Source of the DNA: Tubulanus polymorphus
Lineage: Eukaryota > Animalia > Nemertea
Reading direction: 5' to 3'
Assembly: GCF_964204645.1 (NCBI RefSeq)
Contig: NC_134033.1
Span: 7,944,655-8,008,654 of the forward strand
Length of the DNA: 64,000 bases
Part shown: positions 11,691-23,519 of the stretch, in pieces
Layout: each line of letters opens with the position of its first letter
How positions within the stretch are numbered: the stretch's first letter is position 1
Translations under genes and position numbers: made by a program
The notes under the pieces: model-generated
The model's database searches: none
The model's input: the letters and a program-made list of their open reading frames with translations, nothing else
What the model was told of the DNA's origin: nothing

Positions 11691-12690
11691 CTTGACATTT
11701 TGTGGATGGACGGATTCTGACTTGTGAAATTGCGGTCAATTTAATACCACGTCGCTAATACATTTGTATGTACACGTATCTGCAGTCAGCGGCGTGTGTG
11801 CGAATAAAGGTTACCGTACAATATGGCTCGGTGTGTCAGTAATCAGTGAGTCTATATATAGCACAGTCACTGGCGATAATATTAGTCTATACACAGCGCT
11901 CTCACACATCGGCAGGCGCGTGTATTATCAGCCTCTTTCATCTTCAATTAAGACAAACTAATTGACAAATTGAGTGAATTAAAATCTCCTGATGAAGGGC
12001 CTCTGCTTATCGGGCGAGGCTTCATGAGATCTATATATTTTAGGCTAAAAAACTGCCCTCGGATAATTGGCCAAGTCGGCTTAATCGCTGGAAAATTCGG
12101 GTGGTTGTGTTGTCATGAAAGCTGGCTCGTACGCAGCCTCTCTTTTGGGTGAGTGTGAATTTAGAGAGGGTGGTACTTATTTGATTTTGCCGTGGCTACT
12201 GCGAAATGTAATTTTGAAAATAGAAATGCATATTGGTTCAAATTTTAGTGAATGTTTCACATAAAAATGTCACTGAAAAAATGTAATTAATCCTCGATAC
12301 ATTTTCAGAGTAAGTTTTCAGGTCTAATAATCCAACAACATACGCTGGTGTCTCATCGTTTATGGAGACTTGCAAATTTTTTGATAACAGTGTCTATATC
12401 TATATCATAGTTATATGTATGTGAGCAAGAAATTTTCTTTGACAAATAATAGTGAAACTCACAATTTTGTAGGGAGGGGCTGCGTTCCCATGGGTACAGG
12501 CCTGCATAAACTCAAGTTTTGGTGTGACTGTTTTTGATGGTTTGCACATTTGATTAAAAAAGTATTGATTTCCACTTTTCAAAGGTGATGATAAGTCTTG
12601 ATTTTGACCAAGGCCTGACAACTATGAACCCTGAGAAGTCTGATCCTGTTTACATGCGTAAAGTTAAAAACCTTTATTCGCATCCTTTAA

Positions 12691-13131
12691 CTCATTGCCT
12701 GTCAAACACGTACTGGTACGTTCGATATCTCCCATCACTTGCCTGCCAAAACCGGACTGGTACAGTTGACTTGTTTCTTAACTCTATGGTTAGATGGCGA
12801 ATTAGTTTAATGCCTTTTACTACTAAAACAGACTATCATCAGTCATTATATGCAGTGTGTTAGTGACATCACATATTGAAATGAGGGCTGAACACACATG
12901 AATAGGCATATTTTAGGCAAAAAACCCCTCTGCACTGGAGATTGTTGTAGATTTTATTACTTTTATAAGAAATGCTGCTTATTTTAGTTGAAAAAGCAAG
13001 ACCAGATGATCAAAATAAAACAAATTAGATGAAGATATCTCTTCTAGTTTTTGTTTTATGAATCTCTGAAAAACACAGAAATCCTGGCAAAGCACAGCAT
13101 TTCCTGAAAAATAGTCCTGGCAGGCAAAGAG
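12691..13131. mobile_element. piggyBac-like MITE
   Basis: TTAA flanks; TIR CTC(A/T)TTGCCTG(T/C)CA (12/14). Confidence 0.75.
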
Positions 13132-13135
13132 TTAA

Positions 13136-14909
13136 AGATCAAGTGTAGCCTATTCATCAAAATTCTGATTATGATCTCATTTAATAGATAACTAACCTAT
13201 ATACAATGGAACCCGATAAATGAAAAAAATGTGAGTGCTGCACCGACGTATGTTTTTTTGCAACGTAATAGCGTCCCGACATAAGAATCTATATTTCTAC
13301 AGTGACGTAAAACTTTATGCATTCGTGACGACGTAACATTTTGCAGCGACGTAAGTTATTTCCGAAAAATCCCCACCAGGTGGCACTGCAGATGTTCATT
13401 TCGAAAATTAATCAGATACACATGTACATAACTCCGCAAATAGATTTTAATGTGAAGCAGAGGTGTCTCACCTTACAAAATGTGAAATAACTGACTATGT
13501 CAAAGTCAAGAATATTGCAGAAATCGTCAATACTGAAATGGTCAATCTGGGAAAATGGTAGATGTGCAAAGGAATTATATTGCAAATTCAGGTGCAGTTG
13601 CCCCCCCTCTGAAATATTATGAGCCAATACAACTGCCCTTTCTCGGGATTTTCTACAGCGCCCCCCCCTCTAAATACTTCAAACGCAAGGCACGGGCATT
13701 AATTATTTGATGGGAGGGTTTCTGTGCAAAATGCAAAATATCTATAGGATCAATGCGTCAACATACGCCAGCCAGCATTGTTTATCAAACAATCCAGACG
13801 TCAATATTTTTCAATACACTTTTCAACGCCATTCTGAAAATTGAATTGAAATGCATCGCGGATATCATATTGTTAGGATGAAGATCTACTTTCACTTCTC
13901 GATAAATCTTTAAAAATGTGTTTTAAACTTCAAGTTTTCCTAACGTGATTTTATTGCGGTCTAGTCTGCAGTGCCACCAGGTGGTGATTTTTGGAAATAA
14001 CTTACGTAGTCACAAAAACTTACGTCAACACAAAAACTTACGTCGTCACAAAAGCTTATGTTGAAAAAAAAACTTACGTCGTCGTAAAATCCTACGTCGT
14101 CACAAATGCATTAGAATATTTCGTCACTGTAGAAATATGAATTCTTATGTCGGGACGCTATTACGTTGCAAAAAACATACGTCAGTGCAGCGCTCATATT
14201 TTTTTCATTTATCGCGTTCCATAGTATACCAGTAATAAATGTTATTTTTCGATAAACACTGAACTTGAATATATATTTGAGTTTGAAAAATGAATAACAG
14301 GTGCTCAAATTTTCTGAACGCGCTCTGACTACTTGCTGTGTGTGACGTCGAGCGGGCTACAGTGAATACAACGTATGCTGTACACGCATTGTCAGTGTAA
14401 GTTTTTTTGGGTTTTTTTTCTATTTGATGTCAACTGAAATCATGATTAAACTTTGGTATTATCATTATTTTCATCAGAACTGTAATCATTTAGATATAAT
14501 CTTAATTTTTCTACTTTCAATCGTCGCAGTACAGCGATGATCAGTAGTGTTTCCCATGCCTCTCAGAGACATATACCACATGCTGCTGATGAATGTACTA
14601 TGCAGTAAAGCCGGTCATATAAGATGAACAGGGATAATTGAAACTTTGAATACCATGTATATCAACATGAAACTAGAAATTCGCGCTGGCTTTGATTCAG
14701 CCCCTATTGTGTCATCATCAGCGCCATCTACATGGGTGTCAGATGAACTACGCAACGTGAAAATTCTTTCAAATTTACACCTTTCAATCACTTATATTTC
14801 AGTAATACATCACTCATTACAGCTAAAATTTCTCAAGATTGATAATTATTTATTCATGTAACATAATCTATCGTTAAAAACAAAAACTATTGTGGGCTAC
14901 ACTTGATCT
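13136..14909. mobile_element. Kolobok-like non-autonomous element
   Basis: Perfect 15-bp TIR AGATCAAGTGTAGCC; TTAA flanks; purine termini. Confidence 0.75.
13200..14228. mobile_element. Foldback-type element with ~200-bp imperfect inverted arms
   Basis: 13200-13395 is inverse to 13965-14228; the right arm contains several ~19-bp ACTTACGTCGTCACAAAA-like repeats. Confidence 0.8.
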
Positions 14910-15164
14910 TTAAGCTTGCTCCATGGCTTCTTTTCTTCAATAATCGCAATTTTTCAAGAGGGTGACACTTTGTATTTCCAATAAATGATATTGTAAAGTA
15001 GAAAAAAAATCTTGTGTGTATTCTTCAGTCCAAGTCAATCAATATGGGCATGGCTTACGTCACATGGTGTGAATGGGCACCTTGTAGTTGTTGTCACTGT
15101 TGTTCTCTTTAAACCATCATTGATACTCGATTAAGCCACTGTGGTAATATCAATAAATTGCTAT

Positions 15165-15260
15165 ATATTGTATTATATTATCATTATATTATATTATTAT
15201 TATATTATATTAGGCCTATATTATATTACCAGTTATATCACCATATCATTAGATTATATC
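15165..15260. repeat. (ATATT)n degenerate microsatellite
   Basis: attatattatattattattatattatatt run. Confidence 0.8.
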
Positions 15261-16115
15261 ACTGTGATGATTAAGCCATATCTCACTATGGTATTTTAGT
15301 CGTAATCCAGTAAAACGCTCTAATTAGTGCAGTTTGAGCTTCAGAAACTTTTATGAAGCATTGATAGTCATGTTGATTACATTAAATCTTGAAGCAGTGT
15401 TTAGAAAAATTTAAATCAATTTCATTTGCAGCCAAAAGAAAATATAATCCAATTCAATTTTATTGAGCATATAATTTGTAGGAAAAACTAATCGATCTGA
15501 AGTATTTGTTCTTGCCAACTATTTGTGTTTGTTGCAAAATTACAATCGCGTGGAGTCAATTAGTTACACTTAACAGATTTACTATTTCATAAAGATGATA
15601 ACATAAAAGACAGGCTGGCAATTGTTGTTAAATGAGCCAATTTGCATGAGTAATAGTAATATATTTCCACTGATATTCTGAAAAGAGGACCTCATGAGCA
15701 AAGGACCTTAGGTCCTTAGTTGATCACTTTTTTACCACTCGCTGAATAAAAAGGAAATACAGTCAACCTCACTTAATACATATCTCTTGGGACCGCGTAG
15801 TATTTTCTACGAACTAGACATTATACGGATTATACGTAATTCTTATTTTCTATGAAGTATGTATAATTCGTAGAATTAACGATTTATCTATTAATTGGTA
15901 AGAAGTACAAGTAAAAATTGTTTCCACTGGCATTAGAACAAACGCCGTGTGCCACGCCCATTCATTCTTTTAGACTTAACTGGCGGGAAAATATGTCGCG
16001 TGGCCACAGCACGCTCGGTGCCAATCACCGACACTGACAAATAATTGATAAGCTTGCCAATTACTGCCAGTAGGCGGAACAATAGCATACTAATTACGCG
16101 TCACATTTTCAATTG

Positions 16116-17329
16116 TTTTTGATGGCTTTCGTCGTGAGACGAACCCATCTATGGCATCGTCGTCATGTCTGTCTGTCTGTATGACACGATTTAAGCTGTT
16201 TGTGTGGACCGACAATTCTGTAATTTCACACAGGTATTCTCTACTTGATGTAGATGGTGCAGCTTGGTTTATATTTGATTCCGATGGTTATAAGTGCTCT
16301 AATTTGGTTAAAAGATGATTAACGTTACTCGCTAGTTCAAGCCGCTGTATAGCGCGTTGCTACGACGACGCTCGATCAACATACTGGTACTCGCTGTGTA
16401 ATACTGAACACGTATATACCTGTAGATATTGATCGTACTAGCACCGGTTTTAGATAGCGCGCGCGCTGATCGGTCTTAACACTTCTCGGAACTGCTGTGC
16501 TAAATGCTGAGAGGCCGAATCTATGCGCAATCATTTATTGGGCTCGTCACATTTGATAGTGAATGGATAAATAACCGGTGTCAATGACGGTCGCTCACCA
16601 GTATATATGTAACTCATCAGTATAAGAAATAATTCTTTCGAGTTTTTTTTTTCAATCCCCGAAGTTTTTGTTACTATGTTGACCTCGCGGTTTTATAAGC
16701 TTACCGATGATTCTTCTAGTATTTTCAGGGTCACAAGACATGACGAAGTCGCAAAGTTTTATACAAATTTCACGAAACAAACAATTATTTAGGCGGCACC
16801 TGATCTATTGATTAATTATGATAAATAATGTTTATTTCATTAAAAATTTGTTTTATTCAAACACTACTTTCATCGCACATAGCGTGATCGGTAGGCCCTA
16901 CTATTCTACGGTAGGCCATGGACTCTTTCATGTGGTAGGCCTATTACAAATGATACTATCCGCGTGTCCGTGAATAAGCGACACGTGGTGGGGCGGGTTG
17001 TGAGGAGCATCGAAACTAATCCGTCACAAATAATAGATAGAAAACAATACCTTAAGAGGTTAACTTTTATTAACATCATTACCAAATCAAAACCTGCACA
17101 TCCTATCATAAATAGAAATTCTAAGAATTTATTTCAAAGATTAATAAATTACGTCTAAATATTGGGATTCGAACTCGTAGTATCGATTCAGGTGCCTTTC
17201 CCAAAGCGGGTATCCCGCGGGGAAAACCCATTAGTATTTATATCGAGAATCGCCTTTTTGACAGCGAGTTCGGTGAATGAAACAGAAACAATTACACAGA
17301 AACCCATCATGGAAAGTTTCTTTCTGGTT
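16116..17329 (+). mobile_element. HINE-like element, family D
   Basis: subTIRs TGATGG(G/C)TTTC / GAAACCCATCA, (GTCT)n microsatellite near the 5' end; homolog at 31135-32899. Confidence 0.65.
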
Positions 17330-17955
17330 ATTAAAAGGGACTGTAGATACGGCTACGAATTACAAATTAAATTTATTCCTGAAGATGACTATGAATATGA
17401 CGTTGAATAAACTACTTTCTCAAAGTTACAGTTTCGGACTTTTTCCTTATCATTGAAGGATTCTCTCTACATCGCGTCAATACGGATATAGTGTTTATCA
17501 GTCGTGATAATACAAATTACGAATTAAAAATTACGAATTATCCGATTGAAATTAATGGGAATAATGAAGGAAAAAACCGGGACACTTCATTTTTATACAA
17601 ATTAGGTAGTTAGACGTTAGTTACTTTTGGAGTAGTCTTCAGCCATGAAATAGGGTAATTATTGTGAAATCTAGTTTCTGGGTGTCTAATCATTCTGTGG
17701 AGCAGTATGGGCAAGTGTCTCCAGATGAAAATATTATCTTCAAATCTTATCTCTCTACCCGGGTACAGATGGATACCTGGTCTGAAAGATGACATCTGAG
17801 TGCTGCACTAAGTAGCAGCTCTGATGTTACATCTTTCGGAAAGATAAGTGATTCCCAGCTTGGGGTAATGATACATGTACCAATAAGAATGAACCCATTT
17901 GAACTGTTGGATAGGTTTCTTGTGCTGTACAAATGTCAATTATTATTGTTTACAG

Positions 17956-18164
17956 GTTCTTTCATTATTTTGTTACATCGTATTTGCTGTATTTGTGATC
18001 CGTTGCATCCACCGAAGTGACGAGTGGAGACAAGCGATAAGATTGTTCGAATCAGGCGAGCCTGTCTGCCCACTCAATGCTAAAGTTCACTACAACATCG
18101 GTAAAGTGAACTCAGATATTGGGAACATCGAGCGAGCCATCGAGAAATATCGCCTTGCAATCAG
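17956..18164 (+). CDS. TMTC4: TMTC4-like exon 7 in window (last TM helix, first TPR)
   Basis: ttacag|GTT...AG|gtac; RSDEWRQAIRLFESGEPVCPLNAKVHYNIGK...YRLAIR; ends phase 2. Confidence 0.94.
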
Positions 18165-18323
18165 GTACATTTACTACCTTTTCAGAAATTTTTACTTTGA
18201 AGTTTTTAAGCCCATAACCAGCCAGCCTGTAGTCATATTTGTCTGTTCGTCCATTCATCGTAGATGGAATCCAGGGTCTTTGAAAAGTTTTGAAGACAAT
18301 TCTGACACTTGCTTTGCCGCTCA

Positions 18324-20040
18324 TTTTTGGTTTACCTTTGTCAGCGATATGAGGTTGGCATTGATCCAATTCATGTAAAATCGCGGTACGTTTTTTTATG
18401 TGAGCATTTGTTTCATTGGTTCTCGGGTTAAACGACGTATAATCAATGCGCTTGAAGACATGGCGAACCTCCGTCGATGTACATGGTCAACTGAGTTAAA
18501 ATTCTACGAAAAACTGTTTTTGGCGGGAAAATTCTTGGCTCTCGCGTATAAAATTGCAATGACCTCGATTGGGGGGCATCGTCTCTACGAGCGAATGGGA
18601 TTGGCTGTTTTTGGGAGATACGGGGAATTCCGTCGCTACTAAAATAATTATGGGAAAGCCATAGAATGGCGTACGTTTCATTGGACTAGGCGCCGTATAC
18701 GTGCCGATTTCAAATGCTCATTGCTGGTGAGGATGTAATTATTTCACTCATCTGCCATAGGTATTGTTTCATTTTAATACCCAGTGATTGTTTTGATTGA
18801 AATTGAGGTGTAAGCGAATATTCACTTACACGAGGCCTCCACCTGTGCGCGCAGAGTGCAACACGACACACACACAAGCTCGTACAGTACACTACTCAAG
18901 GTGATGCTGTAACGCGTGCGCGTTTGACATGAAAATAGGCTGAATAATCGTTGCAGAAGATGAGCGCTGTGTTTTCTGTTTGATAGAATTTGTAATCAAT
19001 CGTAATTTCTTGTGACCTGAAAATATTAAGCAGCTAACTAAAAGTATAGGTCGAGGTCTGAATATTGTAGTCGTAAATTCCAGGATTTAAAATGATCTAA
19101 TAACCGATTTCTTCTGTACCGGTATTTTAACTTCCGCGGCCAACATTGGAAGAGGTTGCCATGACCCAATATTCAGCCACCCTCTGATATGTGACATCAT
19201 ATCAATTTTAGGCCATCCCATATTAATGGTCTGTTTGCCGTAACCCAAGCGACCCGACTTCAAAGGTACGGAGTGAAAACGTTTTTTCTGGGATTCATTG
19301 AAATAAATATTATTTTTGATAAAAACGGCCGACCGACCCACTGCCTACGTATGTGAGCTACGTATTATATATGTTTGAATTCAAGCGTGCATCGTGTGAA
19401 AACATGCCTTGTCAATGTGGCCTAATTTAAGTTTTCCAGGAAACTGGCAGTGTTCCAATAAGCTGCCATTCATTCTCATAGTGACTATATCAAAGCTGGT
19501 AACGTAAAAGTGCACACATATTCAACTACTGTTTCATTTTTAACACAGAGATGACGCTCTGGACGAAGTTATAATTTTTAGAATAATTCTCGAAATCTAC
19601 GCTATTAGACAAATTTTCCGTGCACAACGTAGATGACTTTTGCGATATTGTTTCCATGTAAAAAGGTGATAAATTTGTTTTTTTTTGCCCACAAATTTAG
19701 CAAAAAGATTTTTTCTTACCTACCGACTCATCCTGAAAAGTTGAGTCGGTGTTACGGCAAACAGAGAATTATTTTGGGATGGCCTTATTTGAATATTTTT
19801 TTCATATTTTTTTTGAAAATATAAAATAATTTCCCTGCCACTCCTACCTGTACCCTACAAACTTTTGGACGTGGACCGTAACCAAATGTATATCTTTGGT
19901 CTTATTTGGCTACAAAATAATTCTTTAAGACAGATAAAAAACAATATAAACTTGTCGAACTTTGCAGTCACGAGTTAAAAAGAATTTTCAATGCCCTTAC
20001 TCCAAACAGCCTCTAGCTTTCAAGGTAAACCACACTTTGC
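18324..20040 (+). mobile_element. HINE-like element, family E
   Basis: Collinear with 9120-10275 and 21969-23106; interrupted by a MITE. Confidence 0.8.
19211..19784. mobile_element. GGCC-ended MITE with TTA TSD
   Basis: GGCCATCCCA...TCTGTTTGCCGTAAC TIR; TTA duplication confirmed by the empty site at ~22855-22870. Confidence 0.85.
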
Positions 20041-20663
20041 GATTTCATGCCCGCTGGTGATGTGCGGTTCATGTCAGTATGATTAAGTTCCATGTGATAC
20101 TGATTTGTACAGATGGGTAAATTGTCTAACTCCGTGAAAACCTAGTGTCACCTCTAAAATTTTGTCACTATTTGAAAAAATTGAAAATCTCTTCACATAT
20201 CACTGATTCCGGGCATACTGATAGTAAAAGTGATAGCAGAAAATAAGTTATTCCTAATGTTCAATCTGATCTTCTGTTCTCCGAATAGTCCCTTCCCTAG
20301 CATTTCTTATCAATTTGACATCCATAGCTACAGCAATCTAAAAAATTACAAATATTCACAAATGTAAAGAAGAATGTGCAGTATTCTTGTTGTGGCATAC
20401 CTAATAATGAACTGAAACTAAAGACAACTAAATTGTCGTTTCATACTCTCGAGTCACCTCACTGAGTACGCAGGCCCACAGCAATAATCATGTGTAAAAC
20501 ACACATTTTTGCTGTGAGATGGCGACAGAAATGAAACTATTGAATTGATTTGGTAACCGGCAACGATTTTCTTAACTTTAATGTCACCTTCCTATTTTCC
20601 TCTCAAATCCTGGAGTTAAAGGTTCATATGCCTGTTGTACAAATGAATACAGGCAAGTAATTT

Positions 20664-21179
20664 TGGGCATACTCATTACTCCGAAGTCCCATTACTCTGA
20701 TGTCCCAATACTCCGAAATTGTGTTTAAAGGGAACATATAATCTCAATCACAACATTGATGAACATCGTTTGAGGCGTTTCAGATTGGGGGCCGTTTAGG
20801 TTTGAGCAAACCATTTTGAAACAACGTGCCTGGCCATGGAATTTCCATAAAGGAGAATTACTGTAATTTCGTCATACCTTGTATCACTATTATAGGTCTA
20901 CCCCAGGCATTATGTTATTGTAAAAATCAATAAAACATTTTCAGAGATGTTATTTCAGCGCCTTAAATTAAACATTTATTATGATTTTTTCTATATATTA
21001 GGGCTAGCTTTCCTAATAAAATCCAAGTTCAGTCCTGCTTTATGTACCCTTACGAATGAATTGTTTGGAGTATTGGGACCTCGGAGTAATGGGACCAGCT
21101 TTAACTACACTTTATCTAATGGATTTTCGGAGTAATGGGTCTTCGGAATAATAGGACTTCGGAGTAATGAGACAACCCC
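20664..21179. mobile_element. MULE-like MITE
   Basis: GGG...CCC ends, subterminal CATTACTCCGAA / TTCGGAGTAATG repeats, 8-bp TSD AGTAATTT. Confidence 0.75.
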
Positions 21180-21253
21180 AGTAATTTCTACTAGTAGGCG
21201 ATTAATACCAGTACTTTTATTTTCGAAATTGGCATATTTGTGGAATCTGAAGA

Positions 21254-21633
21254 TTTTGGTTTACCTTTGTCAGGGATAGAGGAGTTGAGCCAATTATGTA
21301 AAACTGCGGTACGTTTTTAGCCCACTTAGTACTTCATAATGAAAGTAGTTTTTAAACGAAATAAACTTTATTATTGTGAATGATCATTTGAACTTATTCT
21401 GTGGTTGCCATTGCAAATTTTATTTCCCTACCTACCTACCCTACCAAATTTGGGCATGAACCGCAAACAAAGGTACATGTATATTTTTTACCTTATCAGA
21501 CTACAATAATGGTTCTTTGATGAAGATAAAATATAATTTAATAGAACTCTAAAATTAAGAAAAAGATTTCTCATATTCCTTGGCAATAAAGCTCAAGTTT
21601 TCAAGGTAAACCACTTTGCCTATGGGCAATTTA
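21254..21633 (+). mobile_element. Internally deleted family E HINE
   Basis: Both ends retained (GGTTTACCTTTGTCAG; AAGGTAAACCACTTTGCCTATGGGCAA). Confidence 0.7.
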
Positions 21634-21830
21634 TAAAAATTAGAAGATGTACAAAAATAAGAAAGAGTTTTGCAAATTCGCAGAAAACCCTATAAATACA
21701 ATGATAGGAATAGCAGTGTGGCATAAAAGGGAAAACTCTAAAAAGATATAAAGAAGAATAGTGATAGAAAGGCAAGAACTAATTTCGTATTTTGTAGTTT
21801 TCATTCATATTGATTGTATTTAATTTTCAG

Positions 21831-21938
21831 GCTATTCCCAGATTACGATCAACCAATGAATAATTTGGCAAATATTCTCAAAGATCGCGGCAATATCTCA
21901 GAAGCCGAGGCTCTGTTAGAAAAGGCTGTATCAGTCAA
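21831..21938 (+). CDS. TMTC4: TMTC4-like exon 8 in window (TPR)
   Basis: tttcag|G...AA|gtaag; LFPDYDQPMNNLANILKDRGNISEAEALLEKAVSV; absent from the ORF track. Confidence 0.92.
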
Positions 21939-21968
21939 GTAAGTTGACATGACCTGTAAATCTTGTCA

Positions 21969-23106
21969 TTTTTGGTTTACCTTTGTCAGCAGTATGGGGT
22001 TGGCATTAAGCCAATTCATGTAAAATCGCGGTACGTTTTTTTATGTGAGCATTTTTTTCATTAGTTCTCGGGTTAAATGACGTATAATCGATACGATTGA
22101 AGACATGACGACCATCCTCGATGACATGGTCAACTCTGTTTAAATTCGACGAAAAACTGTTTTTGGCGGGAAAATTCTTAGCTCTTGCGTATATAATTTC
22201 AATCACCTCGATTGGGGGGCGTCGTCTCTACGAGCGAATGTGATTGGCTGTTTTTGGGATATACGGGGAATTCCGGCGCTACTGAAATAATTATGGGGAA
22301 GCCATTTATGGCGAACGTTTCATTGGACTAGGTGCGAAATATAAATGCTCATTGCTGGTGAGAATATAATTATTTCACATATCACCATAGGTATTGTTTC
22401 ATTTTAATACCCGGTGATTGTGTTGATTGAGATCGAAGTGAAGCGAACGTTCACTACAAAAGGCCTCCACGTGCGCGGGATGGGAGTGCTAAACATTAGA
22501 CTGTTGCACACTTAAACACACGCTCATACAGACTACTATATGGAGATGCTGTAACGCTGCTTGGCGCGTGCACGTTTGGTATGATAACAGGCTGAATAAT
22601 CGTCGTAGCAGAAGATGAGCACTGTGTTTTCTGTTTGATAGAATTTGTAATAAATTGTAAATTCTTGTGACCTGAAAATACTAAGCAGCAAACTATAGGT
22701 ATAGGTCGAGGTCTCAATATTGTCGTGGTAAATTCCAGGATTTAAAACGATCTAATACTACGCCCCGGTGTTAAAGCTTCCGCGGCCATACATTGGAAGA
22801 GGTTTCGTTCCCGAGACTCAATTTTCAGCCACCCTCTGATATGTAACATCATATGAATTTTATTTGAATATTTTGTCATATTGTGAAAATATTTTTTTGA
22901 AAATATAAAATACGTTTCCCTGCCGCGCCTACCTGTACCCTACGAAATTTTGGACGTGGACAGAAATAATTCTTTAAGAAAGATAAAATACAATATAAAC
23001 TTCTAGAACTTTGAAGTCACGAATTAAAAAGATTTTTCAAGCAATGCCCTTACTCCAAACAACCTCTAGCTTTCAAGGTAAACCACACTTTGTCCATGGG
23101 CAATTT
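21969..23106 (+). mobile_element. HINE-like element, family E, ~30 bp after the exon 8 donor
   Basis: Near-identical to 9120-10275. Confidence 0.8.
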
Positions 23107-23519
23107 ATTGAAGTTATATACTAAATATACCAATTAGAATTTAAGATGTTGATAAAATAGTTTCTTATAGTTTGGAAATGTTTCAAATTTGAAATAAAAA
23201 ATTGACCTGTACACCGGAAAATAGGATAGATAGAAAAGGATTTTTTGAGAAAAATATTTACAGGTCTTAACTTATAGTCGTGATATTTGTTAAATGTTAT
23301 CGCTATTATAAAATTCATCTTCTTATGTGAAATTGGGGTTACCCAGACATTTGTTTTCCCCACTGGGCGAGTTGCAGGGTTTGTAGCGGGTCTTCCAAGT
23401 CGATATTTATTTGTATGAAAAGATACAAACTATGTATAGTATACTGTTACTAATTACAGAGAATATCATGCAGGCGTGAAGTGGCCTAGTTTACAAAGTA
23501 CAAATGGATTATAAACATA

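Larger units (their letters stand above)
8695..12633. mobile_element. Non-autonomous TIR element (CAGGGTT ends, hAT-like) with nested HINEs
   Basis: CAGGGTTTGTAG...CTATGAACCCTG; 5-bp AGAAG on both flanks; second copy at 23375-27446. Confidence 0.7.
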
